Assembly (NCBI GenBank): GCA_963575745.1
Contig: CAUYUJ010000145.1
Span: 1-64,000, forward strand
Direction of reading: 5' to 3'
DNA: 64,000 nucleotides
Source: Prorocentrum cordatum
Lineage: Eukaryota
Shown here: positions 1-11,482 of the stretch, one piece after another
How the letters are laid out: every line of letters starts with the position of its first letter
How positions within the stretch are numbered: the first letter of the stretch is position 1
Notes under the pieces: generated by a model
Database searches by the model: none
Seen by the model: the letters and a program-made list of their open reading frames with translations, nothing else
Told to the model about the DNA's origin: nothing
Translations under genes and position numbers: made by a program

Positions 1-53
<53 letters not shown>

Positions 54-815
54 GCATCAGCATCATCATCATCATCATCATCATCATCAGCATCAGCATC
101 AACATCAGCATCATAATCCACCGCTTTCTCCACATCCTCCTCCTCCTCCTACTCCTCCTCCCCCTTCTCCTCCTCGTCCTCATCTTCCTCCTCCTCCTCC
201 TCCTTCGCCTCCACCTCGTCCTCCTCCTCCCCCTTCTCCTCCTCCTCCTCCTCCTGCTCCTCATCCTCCACCTCCTCCTCCTCATCATCCTCCTCCTCCT
301 CCTCATCCCCCTCCTCCTCCTTCTCTGTGTACGTTGGTTCTATGTGCTGGAGTTCTAGAAATGACGTTCGGACACGATTCAAGATCGCCAAGACGCAACA
401 GTCAGATCGATCCGTGGTCTTGAAATCCTGAGAACTATGTGTTGGCACACTTCAGGGTCTTCAAACGAGTGTTTTTCAACGAGGCAGTTTGAACTGCTGT
501 AGGGGCCTTTGAAGAGGGAGTTTGGAGGGAAGGTTTACTCCAACATCGTCGATGACTCTTAGGATGCCACTGGTCCTCCTCCTCCTCCTCCTCCTCATCC
601 TCCTCCTCCTTCTCCTCCTTCTCCTCCTCCGCTTCCGCCACCGCCTCCCCCAGCCCATCGCCCTCTCCTCCTCCTCTCCTCCTCCTCCTCCTCCTCCTCC
701 TCCACCTCCTCCTTCCTCCTCCCTTCTGCTGCTGGTTGCTGCGCCTCCTCCTCCTTCCCCTCCTCCACCTCCTCCTTCCTTCCCTCCCTCCTCCTCCTCC
801 TCCTCCCCTCCTCCT
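1..815. repeat. (CAT)n then (CCT)n microsatellites, with a unique island at ~325-573
   Basis: Trinucleotide tracts directly visible. Confidence 0.95.
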
Positions 816-829
816 CATTTTGGCTCAAG
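816..829 (+). other. Dinoflagellate spliced-leader (DinoSL) relic
   Basis: CATTTTGGCTCAAG is the exact 3' 14 nt of DinoSL (DCCGTAGCCATTTTGGCTCAAG). It lies 7 nt before the ATG at 837. Confidence 0.85.
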
Positions 830-836
830 CGTTCGC

Positions 837-1559
837 ATGCCTGGTGCGCGCCCCGCCGTCCCCGCGATGGCCGCGCGTCGGGCTAGAGGGGCTCTGGATC
901 CCGCGACGGCTGCCCGCCTCGTCGAGGCGGCCGTGCGCGGGGCGCTCGGGGCGCCGCGGCGCACGGTGGCGGCGGTGGCTCGCTCGGCGGTCTCGGCGGC
1001 GGCGTTCGCCGTCTCGGGATCGCCACTGCCCGCCGATGCCCATGGCACCGACCTGGATCAAGGTGCTCGCCCTGAAGCTGACCCTACTGCGCGCGCTGCG
1101 CGGCGGCGCCGCCGCCGCCAGCGCCGAGCGGCGAGGCGCGCGGCTGCCAGGCTGGACACCGAGACAAACGAGGCGAAGGAGGGCGCTGGGGCGGCCGCTG
1201 GGGCGGACAGCGCGGGCCTCGCGCTCGTGCAGGTGGCTGGGGCTGCTGCCGACGCGCCCGACATCGACGCCGAGCTGGACGACTCCTGGGCTGATGGACT
1301 GCTACGCGGGGGGCCTGCCGTCGCCGCCGCTGGCGGCGCTGCAGGGCTGAGCGGGCGGCGCCGCGGCTGGGAGGTGGGGCAGGCCGTGTCTTCGACGGAG
1401 CCTGCTGCGCCGTGCGGGCCTGGGGCTGCTGTTGCTGGTGCGGCGGAGGCGACGGGCATAGAGGTGCGGCAGTTCGTGCCGTGGGAGTCCTGTGGGCCTG
1501 CGAAGGAGGACGTGCGGTTGCGGGCCAGGCGGGCCCTCGGCATGCCGCTCTCTTCCTGA
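837..1559 (+). CDS. Intronless Ala/Arg-rich protein (240 aa), SL-derived retrocopy, function unknown
   Basis: ORF MPGARPAVP...GMPLSS starts right after the SL relic. It is followed by ~220 nt of putative 3'UTR and A-rich TAAACAAAA before (CCT)n resumes at ~1790. Confidence 0.6.
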   Translation: MPGARPAVPAMAARRARGALDPATAARLVEAAVRGALGAPRRTVAAVARSAVSAAAFAVSGSPLPADAHGTDLDQGARPEADPTARAARRRRRRQRRAARRAAARLDTETNEAKEGAGAAAGADSAGLALVQVAGAAADAPDIDAELDDSWADGLLRGGPAVAAAGGAAGLSGRRRGWEVGQAVSSTEPAAPCGPGAAVAGAAEATGIEVRQFVPWESCGPAKEDVRLRARRALGMPLSS

Positions 1560-1789
1560 TGCTCGAGGAGGCCCTGGTGTGGTTCCTCGTGCTCGCGGTC
1601 GTGGAGCTTGCCCTCCTCGGCTCGCCGGCGTGGTGCGTCGACTACGCCTTCCGCGTCTTCTTCGGCAGCGCGGCCGGGGGGTCCAGGTCTGGTCAGGTCC
1701 AGGCCTGGCCCCCCGCTGACCCAGTGGGACCTCTGAGGGTTTCGCCGCCCCTCAGTTGTATCGTGGCTGCACGGTGAATGTAAACAAAA

Positions 1790-2148
1790 TCCTCCTCCTC
1801 CTCCTTCTCCTCCTCCTCCTCCTCCTGCTCCTCCTCCTCCTCCTCCTCCTCCTCCTCCTCCTCTTCTTCCTCCTCCTCCTCCTCGTCCGCCTCCTCCTCC
1901 TCCTCCCTTGGGCTCCGCCCCCGTTCCCTCCTCCTTGCTCCTCCTTCCTCCTACAATTCCTCCTCCTCGTCTCCTCCTCCGTCCACCTCATCAGCAGTAT
2001 CAGCATCAGCAACAGCCTCAACACCACATCCACAATCAGCCATCAGCATCAGCAGCATCATCAAAATTCATCATAATCACACATCGTCATCATCAGCATC
2101 AGCATCAGCACAGCTTCAGCATACCATCATATCATCATCATCATCATC

Positions 2149-2219
<71 letters not shown>

Positions 2220-2642
2220 TGCATCATCATCATCATCATCATAATCATCATCATCGTCATCATCCATCATCAGCATCATCAGCATCATCATCACCATCAG
2301 CATCATCATCATCATCATCAGCATCATCGTCATCATCATCATCACCAGCAGCAACATGGTCAGCATCAGCATCACCATCACAACCAGCATCGTCCGCATC
2401 CGTACAAGCATCATCAGTAACAACACAACCATCAGTATCAGCAGCATCCCCAACAGCAGCATGAACATCTGCTTCATCACCAGCATCAGCATCATCACCA
2501 TACTCGTCATCATCAGCTGCATCATCATAATCAGCATCATCACCATCAGCATCAGCATCATCTCCGTGATCTTCCGCCTCATCCTCCTCATCCTCCTTCT
2601 CCTCCAACTCCCCCTCCTCCTCCTCCTCCTCCTCCTCCTCCC

Positions 2643-2692
<50 letters not shown>

Positions 2693-4500
2693 GCTTCATC
2701 ATCAGCAGCAGCATCATCATCAGCATCCGTAGCATCATCAGCATCACCAGCATCATCAGTATCACCAGCATCATCATCGTTAGCATCAACATCAGCATCA
2801 GCATAACCATCAGCACCATCATCATCAGCATCATCAGCATCATCAGCATCATCAGCATCATCAACATCAGCATCGTCAGCGTCATCGTCATCATCAACAT
2901 CATCATCAACAACATCATCAACATCATCCGTGTCCCTTCTCTTTCATCCGTCCTCATCCCTACATCCTCCGTCATCCGTCTCCATTCCTTATTCCGCCTT
3001 CCTCATGCCTCCTCCTCATCCTCCTCATCCTCATCATCCTCACCACCATCATCATCATCGTCAGCAGCAGCATCATCATCATCAACAACCTCATCTTCAT
3101 CAACAGCATCATCATCACCATCATCATCATCAGCAGCAGCATCATCATCATCAGCATCATCATCCTCATCATCATCATCATCATCATCAGCATCAGCATC
3201 GGCATCATCGTGAGCAGCATCAGCATCATCAGCATCATCTTCATCAGCATCCCCATCCCCCTCCTCCTCCTCCTCCTCCTCCTCCTCCTCCCCCGTCATC
3301 GTCCTTCTCCTCCTCCTCCTCCTCCTCCTCCTCCTCTTCATCGTGCTCCTTCTCTTCCTCCTCCTCCTCCTCTTTCGGATTTTCACCAATCCAGCCCTCA
3401 CCGGTTCTTCACCTGTTCTTGGCCGATGGGGCCCTCCTCCTCCATGAGTTATCTTTCGCTACAGTACACTGCCCGTGGTCCCCTATAACCGTCTCGTCGG
3501 CACCTCCTCCTCCTCCTCCTACTCTCCTCCTCCTCCTCAGCTTGCCGCCTCCTCTTCCTCTCTCCCATCCTCTTCCTCCTCCTCCTCCTCCTCCTCCTCC
3601 CCATCACCGTTATCCTCCTCCTCCTCATTCTCCTCCTCCTCCTCCTCCTCCTCCCCTCCTCCTCCTCCCTCCTCCATCCTCCTCCTCCTCCCCTCCTCCT
3701 CCCCCCCTTCCCCCGCCCCCTCCTTCCCTCCTCCTCCTCCTCCTCTCCCTCCTCCTCCCTCCTCCTCACTCCTCCTCCTCCACCTCCTCCTACCCGTCCC
3801 TCCCGTCCTCCTCCTCCTCCTCTCATCCCTACTCCTTCCCCCCCTTCATCCGCCTCCTCGGCCTCCTCCGCCCTCCTTCTCACTCCTCTCCTCCGTCCTC
3901 ATCCTCCGCTCTCCTCCTCCTCCCATCCTCCTCCTCCTCTCCTCTGCTCTACCCTCCTCCTCCTCCTCTTTCTCCTTCCCCCCCTTCCTCCTCCTTCTCC
4001 TCCTCCTCCTCCTCCTCCTCCTCCTCCTCGTATTAGTATGATTATTCTTTTCTTAGTATTATAGTTCGTGTGATTATTCTTATCATGCTCATTAGTATTC
4101 GTCTTCTTATTATTAGTATTATTAGTTTGTATGAGTGTGTTTATTATCATGCTGGTTATTATTAGTAGTAGTATCAGCATCATTATTGTTGGTATTTTTA
4201 GTAGTAGTATTAGTAGGTTTAGTATTAGTTATAGTATTAGTAGTAGTCGTTGTAGTAGTATGCTTATTATTGATGTTAGTAGTATTAGTTTTGTTGTTAT
4301 TATTGTTGTTGTTGTTATTATTATTATCATTATTAGTATTAGTATTATTATTAGTAGTAGTATTATTATTATTACGACGGTGGTGGCTCTTCTTGTTATT
4401 ATGATTCATGCTATTATTATTATTCGTCTTATTATTCGCTTTCTTCTTCGTATTTGTATCACTAGTAATATTCTTAGTGTTCGTATTAGTATTGTTTTTC
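1790..4500. repeat. Compound microsatellite (CCT)n/(CAT,CAG)n/(CCT)n/(TAT,TAG)n
   Basis: Directly visible. Confidence 0.95.
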
Positions 4501-4550
4501 GTCTTCTCAGGAGGCGCAAAGGGAGGGCCTCTCAGTCCTCTGAGGAGAAG

Positions 4551-4747
4551 CGGGCCGGGCGGAAGGGGGGGATAGGAAAGGGGGGGTTTGAGAATCAGCT
4601 CACGTGGCTGATGTTCGAGGCGCCTCCCGGCGCCAGAGCAGGCCATGTAAAGAGGAGTGGGCCCCTCGCGGCGGGGCCGAATCCAGCTGCGTGCAGCAGA
4701 TTTCGTACCCCCCCCTTTCCCTATCCCCCCATTTTCCGTTCGGCCCG
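4551..4747. mobile_element. MITE family A, copy 1 (~35-bp imperfect TIRs)
   Basis: CGGGCCGGGCGGAAGGGGGGGATAGGAAAGGGGGGG ... CCCCCCCTTTCCCTATCCCCCCATTTTCCGTTCGGCCCG. A homologous copy lies at 13323-13516. Confidence 0.8.
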
Positions 4748-5422
4748 AGAGAAGCGTTCTGAGACTGCGTTCTCTCAGAGGGGCGCAGGGCTTCCGAGGA
4801 GCTCCGCCGCCTCCCAAAGGGAAGCCTGCCCCCTCTCGCTTCCCCCCTTGGGCGCACCGCCGACTGCAGGGGCAGGACGAGGAGCTGTAGGAGAGGAGGG
4901 AGGGGGAAGCAGGGAGGGCATGGCAGGAGAGGAGAGGAGGGAGGAGGGAGGAGAGGAGGAGAGGAGCTGGAGGAAAGGAGGGAGGTGGAGGGTGCTGGGA
5001 TGCACGAGCATCGGCGGCGCAAGCAACCGGGCTGAGATGAGGCATGAGGATGACACAAGCCGGCGACATGCGAGGGGAGCTGAGGAGGAGAGGGACAGGG
5101 AGAGAGAAAGAGAAAGAGTAAGAGAGAGAAAGCAACACATAACTGACATCAGCAAACACATACCCACACACACACAAACACACACACACGCAAAAACACA
5201 TACCACACACACAAACACACATACCCCCACACAAACACACACACACAGGGCAAACAGTATGATGATATGACACCCTCCCCAAATTTGTCGGCTCCCTCCT
5301 GGCCTGCCCGGTCAGCGTCTGGCGATGCGACGAGGGAGTGGCTCATAGAGAGGAGAGGCGAGGAGAGAAGAGGAACATCAGGGCAAGGAAGGTCGGAGAG
5401 AATGAGGTGGGGCAGGCAGAGC

Positions 5423-5557
5423 CTTCGCGCGGTCACGGCAGTCCCTGAGTGTACCCTCGACGGTGGGGTTGGCGCAGTCCTGATCGTAGCACCACCCCCC
5501 GCCCTCGAGGTAGACCTGGAAGTGGGTCGAGCTCCCCTCGCGGAGGTAGTAGCCCGC
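5423..5557 (-). CDS. Exon 5 of pectin acetylesterase/Notum-family gene
   Basis: AGYYLREGSSTHFQVYLEGGGWCYDQDC...RDRAK carries the family motif GYY...LEGGGWC. CAG|G acceptor, AG|GC donor, 45 codons. Confidence 0.88.
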
Positions 5558-5596
5558 CTGGCCAATCGACGCAAGTACCCATTTGGCAAAAGCTTT

Positions 5597-5656
5597 TGAG
5601 CAGGGACTGGCCGATCCCAGTCTTCCTGTAGCCATACCACGACATGTTTTCAGAAC
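5597..5656 (+). repeat. Dispersed repeat, also at ~63867-63926
   Basis: TTGAGCAGGGAC...TACCACGACATGTT.T.AGAAC shared by both sites. Confidence 0.65.
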
Positions 5657-5946
5657 GGACGAATGCCCAACAAAACCAAAACTGTTACAGCAGCACGCAG
5701 CAAACGTATTTATTAAACAAGACTCTCACAGCCAGACATGTTATTGGAATATTTCGCGCATACCATCGCAGGACCTTCTAACATTGCTTGCTGGGCACAT
5801 CAGCAATCCAGGACGCTTCGCCACTGCTTGACACTTTGGGGCGGCACGCAGACACCCCCCGGGAGTAGCTCCGACCGGCATCGACGAGCGTTCCATATAA
5901 TTCAGGGCGGTCTCGGCAACTAGGATGAGGCTAGCACGATGATAAA

Positions 5947-6103
5947 TCCGCTCCAAAGCTAGCGCTCTGGAACGCTCTCAGAGCCTTCCGGAGCGCTCTG
6001 AGACAGACTGCGACGCCCGATGCGTCCCCCACAGAGCCGCCAGATCTCAGAGACTCGCGAGTCCTCCCGAGATCCGAGCTCGTCCTCGTCCTGGCCTCGT
6101 CTT
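5947..6103 (+). repeat. Dispersed repeat with an inverted copy at ~11785-11932
   Basis: GGAGCGCTC, GATCTCAGAGA and GTCCTCGTCCTGGC blocks are reverse-complemented in the second copy. Confidence 0.6.
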
Positions 6104-6560
6104 GGCAGCCCCCGGGGCTCCAATCGCCCTGGAGAGAGCGCCCCCACGTGCGGCACCGGCGGCCGAGGCCGTGCCTGGGCGACCGGCCGAGGCCAGCCGA
6201 GGCCGGCTGGGGCCACGTCCGGGGCGGCCGCCCGTCGATCCCGACGCCGCGAGGGCGGCGCGCAGAGGGGGGTGCAGCGGGGCCCAGGCCAGAAGAACGC
6301 CCCTCGGGAACACGAGGCCCTCCGCCGGCCCAAACACGCAGGGTGTCCAAGGGTACCCTGCCTAGGAAGCACAGGGCACCCAACAAGCACGAAGCACACG
6401 AGGGGGCCCTCCCCGAGCCAACCTCGAGCTTACACCCTCGGTCCGACTGTAGGGGGGAGGGGGAAAGGCTTTTTCGGTGGAGGCTGCTTCTTTTTTTGTT
6501 TGTTTTATTATTATACTTACAATATTGTTTTGTAAGAAAAGTTGTACATATAGATAGATC

Positions 6561-6594
<34 letters not shown>

Positions 6595-7067
6595 TAGATA
6601 GATAGATATATAGATAGATATATTAGATAGATAGATATGTTTATGTTTATTCGATGGAGGCTGCTTCTTGGAAGGCGCCGGCCCTGCGTCTGCTGGCAAG
6701 GCCAGCGCCTTCTAAGAAGCAGGGTGCTTCTGGGAAGCCTTCCCCCCCTCCCCCTACCGCCCTCTGCGCGAGGCCGACCATGCGGGGCGGCCCTGGCCTT
6801 CCAACCCGGACCCGAACGGCCAGCTCACGAGGGAAGAACGCACGTATCCGCATGCCCGCCCTCGCGGTCTCGATCCCAGGGCGCGCCCCCGCGGACGCGC
6901 GGTGGCACGGACACGCTCCGCGCGGGGCAGCCGCGAGGCCGCGCCGCGCATGCGCGGGGCCACGGGCCACGAAGCCCAGTCGGCGTGGCCGCGGATGCGG
7001 ATCTGCTTCTCGCCCGCGGCAGCGGCGGAGTGCTGGGCGGGGGCGCCCCGATGCGGTCGTCGGCCGC

Positions 7068-7223
7068 CTGGCTCCCGTCCAGGCACCTGGCCTCTGGGTA
7101 GTCGCTCTCCGGCAGCAGCCTCAGCGCCGCGGTGCCCGCAGGCTTGGGCGCTGGGCCCCCGCACTCCTTGCAGCCGGTGCAATCGCAGCCCCACCGCTCC
7201 TCCAGGCTCTGGCACGTGTACTC
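7068..7223 (-). CDS. Exon 4 of PAE/Notum-like gene (Cys-rich module + start of catalytic domain)
   Basis: EYTCQSLEERWGCDCTGCKEC...YPEARCLDGSQ. Its CLDGS joins AGYY of exon 5 to give the canonical CLDGSxxGYY motif. Confidence 0.88.
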
Positions 7224-7540
7224 CTGGGGCGACGGCGCCGGAGCACCTCCACTGCTCCCTGGCCAGGTCTCTCCTGAGCACCCAGCAGCGGTGCAGACGC
7301 CACGCTCTCCGGGCTTGGCCGGGACGGCGCCTGCACAGCTCCCGGGTTGAGGACGGGCCTGGCCAGGGAGCAGTGGACATGAATACCCAGACAGGCGACG
7401 TCCTGTTTTTCCCAACCATCCTGTGGTGTTGGGTCCTCGTTTTGAAGAGACGGTGGCCCGCGTCTCCTCTCCTCTCCTCTCCTCCTCCTCCTCTCCTCCT
7501 CCCCTCTCCTCCCTGCGTTTCACCCACCCAGTGCAGCGTT

Positions 7541-8804
7541 TCGTGGCCCCATAGGGAGCTCCACCGAAGGCCCCAGTGGCCGCGTTCGCATGGCGGCCCC
7601 GCCGCATTTTGGCGCACCCCTCACGAGGATCGTGGCCCCATAGGGAGCTCCACCGAAGGCCCCAGTGGCCGCGTTCGCATGGCGGCCCCGCCCCATTCCG
7701 GCATACCCCTCACGAGGATCGTGGCCCCATAGGGAGCTCCACCGAAGGCCCCAGTGGCCGCGTTCGCATGGCGGCCCCGCCCCATTTCGGCATACCCATC
7801 ACGAGGATCGTGGCCCCATAGGAGCTCCACCGAAGGCCCCAGTGGCCGCGTTCGCATGGCGGCCCCGCCCCATTCCAGCATACCCCTCACGAGGATCGTG
7901 GCCCCATAGGGAGCTCCACCGAAGGCCCCAGTGGCCGCGTTCGCATGGCGGCCCCGCCATTTCGGCATACCCCTCACGAGGATCGTGGCCCCATAGGGAG
8001 CTCCACCGAAGGCCCCAGTGGCCGTTCGCATTCGCATGGCGGCCCCGCCCATTTCGCATGGCATACCCCTCACGAGGATCGTGGCCCCATAGGGAGCTCC
8101 ACCGAAGGCCCCAGTGGCCGCGTTCGCATGGCGGCCCCGCCCCATTCCGGCATACCCCTCACGAGGATCGTGGCCCCATAGGGAGCTCCACCGAAGGCCC
8201 CAGTGGCCGCGTTCGCATGGCGGCCCCGCCCCATTTCGGCATACCTCTCACGAGGATCGTGGCCCCATAGGGAGCTCCACCGAAGGCCCCAGTGGCCGCG
8301 TTCGCATGGCGGCCCCGCCCCATTTCGGCATACCCCTCACGAGGATCGTGGCCCCATAGGGAGCTCCACCGAAGGCCCCAGTGGCAGCGTTCGCATAGTG
8401 GCCCCGCCCCATTTTGGCGCGCCCCTCACGAGGAGCGTGGCCCCATAGGGAGCTCCAGCGAAGGCCCCAGTGGCAGCGTTCGCATGGCGGCCCCGCCCCA
8501 TTTTGGCGCACCCCTCACACGGTTCGCGGCCCCATAGGGAGCTCCACCGAAGGCCCCAGTGGCAGCGTTCACATGGCGGCCCCGCCCCATTTCGGCACAC
8601 CCCTCACGAGGATCGTGGCCCCATAGGAGCTCCAGCGAAGGCCCCGGTGGCCGCGTTCGCATGGCGGCCCCGCCCCATTTAGGCATACCCCTCACGAGGA
8701 TCGTGGCCCCATAAGGGAGCTCCAAGGATGGCGCCAGTGGCAGCGTTCGCATGGCGGCCTCGGGCCATTTCGGCACACCTCTCACGAGGATCGTGGCCCC
8801 ATAG
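7541..8804 (+). repeat. 89-bp tandem satellite, ~14 copies, in PAE intron 3
   Basis: Unit TCGTGGCCCCATAGGGAGCTCCACCGAAGGCCCCAGTGGCCGCGTTCGCATGGCGGCCCCGCCCCATT.CGGCATACCCCTCACGAGGA. Confidence 0.97.
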
Positions 8805-8881
8805 AGAATTCCTCTTGCTTCGTCCTACCTGCCCTGCGGTATTCACGTTTGCATATGGTTGGGTCCTTCGCCAGGATAGTT

Positions 8882-9014
8882 TTCAATACGGGATCCCTGG
8901 AAGTCCCGACCCTTTCCCAGGGGCCAGTCTCCCATCCTGAGCCGCTTTCTGACGCTCCCGAGGCCCGGCGCGGGCCCCCCGAGGCCGAGAGTGGCCCAAC
9001 ACCTCCCATCCTGA
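8882..9014 (+). repeat. Dispersed repeat (~135 bp), second copy at ~26964-27098
   Basis: TCAATACGGG..CCCTGGAAGTCCCGACCCTTTCCC...GAGGCCCGGCG.GGGCCCCCCGAGGCC shared by both sites. Confidence 0.8.
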
Positions 9015-9070
9015 GCTCTTGTGTACGACGCGACCCTGCCTGGGCAGAGACGTCGTCGCCCAATATGCTC

Positions 9071-9208
9071 CGACGGCTTCCACCGGATCCACTCGTCGCA
9101 CGAGTAGTCGCCGCACCTGCCGCCGACGCGGGGGCACGACCCACCGCCGCCCCCGCCGCCGCCACACACGGCGGCGTAGTCGGCGCAGCAGCCCCACAGC
9201 CAGTTGTC
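9071..9208 (-). CDS. Exon 3 of PAE/Notum-like gene (end of somatomedin-B domain)
   Basis: DNWLWGCCADYAAVC...CGDYSCDEWIRWKPS. CCxDYxxxC is the SMB C-terminal signature. CAG|GAC acceptor, GA donor, 46 codons. Confidence 0.82.
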
Positions 9209-9246
9209 CTGCGCAGCAGGCGGCCCGGGGGGTCTGAACTGGTGCT

Positions 9247-9454
9247 TGGACGCTGGAAGTGGGCACGGAAACCATGGGCACGATGCCCAACAGCAAATGC
9301 TGTCCCGAACCAACAGCGGCCGCTGTTTGGCAGGCGGCCTTCTGTCTCGAATGGACACAATCCGCGGCGACGCCGACAGCGAATCCCGTTCAAAATGAAC
9401 AAGAACTGCTGTCGGTCTTTGTACCGATTCTTTCCGTACCCATGTCGGTCGTCC
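9247..9454. mobile_element. MITE family B, copy 1 (degenerate)
   Basis: Colinear with the TIR element at 32381-32589. Confidence 0.75.
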
Positions 9455-9837
9455 CGATGGTCGGGACCCCAGAAATTGACGACCGAACAGCACACACACA
9501 CACCCATACCCATAGGGGGGTCGTTGGGAGGAAGACTGGCTATGGGTGTGGGTGCGGGTTGTCGACCCTGGGGTACTCTCCCGTTCGAGCGCGGGACCCC
9601 CATCCGACAACACGCACCCATAGCCCTCTCCGACCCCCCTAAGGGTATTGGTGTGTGTCGTTGGTTCGTTCAGGAAAAAAGTATCCCGGCAAAGCAACCT
9701 AACAGCGATGTGTAGGAGCATATCTGGAAGCATTCCCATTAAGATTCAGATGATAATCCAGTTGTAGACTTCTGCTGTTCTCGCAGTCGTAGTCGCATTC
9801 GCGATGACAGTCGCAGTGGCAACGGCAGTCGCAATCA

Positions 9838-11127
9838 CAGCCTCAGACTCAGCCTGCCTCAGCCTCAGCCTCAGCCTGCCTCAGCCTCAGCCTGCCTCAG
9901 CCTCAGCCTCAGCCTCAGCATCAGTCTGCCTCAGCCTCAGCCTCAGCCTGCCTCAGCCTCACCCTGCATCAGCCTCAGCCTCAGCCTCAGCCTGCCTCAG
10001 CATCAGCCTGCCTTAGCCTCAGCCTCAGCCTGCCTCAGCCTCAGCCTCAGCCTGCTTCAGCCTCAGTCTGCCGTCGGCCTCGGCCTCAGCCTCAGCCTGC
10101 CTCAGCCTCAGCCTGCATCAGCCTCAGCCTCAGCCTCAGCATGCCTCAGCATCAGCCTGCCTCAGCCTCAGCCTCAGCCTCAGCCTCAGCCTCAGCCTCA
10201 GCCTGCTCAGCCTCAGCCTGCCTCAGCCTCAGCCTGCAGCCTGCCTCAGCCTCAGCCTCAGCCTGCTGCCTCAGCCTCAGCCTCAGCCTCAGCCTCAGCC
10301 TGCCTCAGCCTCAGCCTGCACCTCAGCCTCAGCCTCAGCCTCAGCCTCAGCCTGCCTCAGCCTCAGCCTCAGCCTGCAGCCTCAGCCTCAGCCTGCCTCA
10401 GCCTCAGCCTCAGCCTCAGCCTCAGCCTCAGCCTCAGCCTCAGCCTCAGCCTCAGCCTCAGTCCTTCAGCCTCAGCCTCAGCCTCAGCCTCAGCTGCCTC
10501 AGCCTCGGCCTCAGCCTCAGCCTGCCTCAGCCTCAGCCTGCATCAGCCTCAGCCTCAGCCTCAGCCTGCCTCAGCATCAGCCTGCCTCAGCCTCAGCCTC
10601 AGCCTGCCTCAGCCTCAGCCTCAGCCTGCTTCAGCCTCAGCCTCAGTCTGCCTTCAGCCTCGGCCTCAGCCTCAGCCTGCCTCAGCCTCAGCCTGCATCA
10701 GCCTCAGCCTCAGCCTCAGCCTCAGCCTCAGCCTCAGCCTCAGCCTCAGCCTGCTCAGCCTCAGCCTCAGTCTGCCTTCAGCCTCGGCCTCAGCCTCAGC
10801 CTGCCTCAGCCTCAGCCTGCATCAGCCTCAGCCTCAGCCTGCCTCAGCCTCAGCCTCAGCCTGCCTCAGCCTCAGCCTGCCTCAGCCTCAGCCTCAGCCT
10901 GCTTCAGCCTCAGCCTCAGTCTGCCTTCAGCCTCGGCCTCAGCCTCAGCCTCAGCCTCAGCCTCAGCCTCAGCCTCAGCATCAGCCTGCCTCAGCCTCAG
11001 CCTCAGCCTGCCTCAGCCTCAGCCTCAGCCTGCTTCAGCCTCAGCCTCAGTCTGCCTTCAGCCTCGGCCTCAGCCTCAGCCTGCCTCAGCCTCAGCCTGC
11101 CTCAGCCTCAGCATCAGCCTGCCTCAG
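9838..11127 (+). repeat. (CCTCAG)n hexamer array with interspersed CCTG
   Basis: Directly visible. Confidence 0.97.
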
Positions 11128-11482
11128 CATTCAAAATGTGGCCCGGGAATGGAGTTCTGGGAACTCGAAGAACACGAAGTGGCCTACAGTTGGCTCCGGG
11201 CAATCACAATCATGCCCAGGAATGGAGTTCTGGGAACTCGAAGAGCACGAAGTGGCCTACAGTTGGCTCCGGGCATTCAAAATGTGGCCCGGGAATCGAG
11301 TTCTTGGTACTCGAAGAGCACGAAGTGGCCTACAGTTGGCTCCGGGCATTCAGAATGTGTCCCGGGAATGGAGTTCTGGGAACTCGAAGAGCACGAAGTG
11401 GCCTACAGTTGGCTCCGGGCATTCAGAATGTGTCCCGGGAATGGAGTTCTGGGACCTCGAAGACCACGAAGTGTGCAACTGT
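11127..11482 (+). repeat. 73-bp tandem repeat, ~4.8 copies
   Basis: Units start at 11127, 11200, 11273, 11346 and 11419 (GCATTCA.AATGTG.CCCGGGAATGGAGTTCTGGGAACTCGAAGAGCACGAAGTGGCCTACAGTTGGCTCCGG). Confidence 0.95.

Noticed and set aside
7541..8804. CRISPR array
   Set aside because: The whole 89-bp unit repeats with no unique spacers, there are no cas genes, and the context is eukaryotic.
11127..11482. CRISPR-like or coding repeat (ORF 10141-11964)
   Set aside because: A plain 73-bp tandem repeat. The period is not a multiple of 3, and the ORF is driven by the hexamer array.
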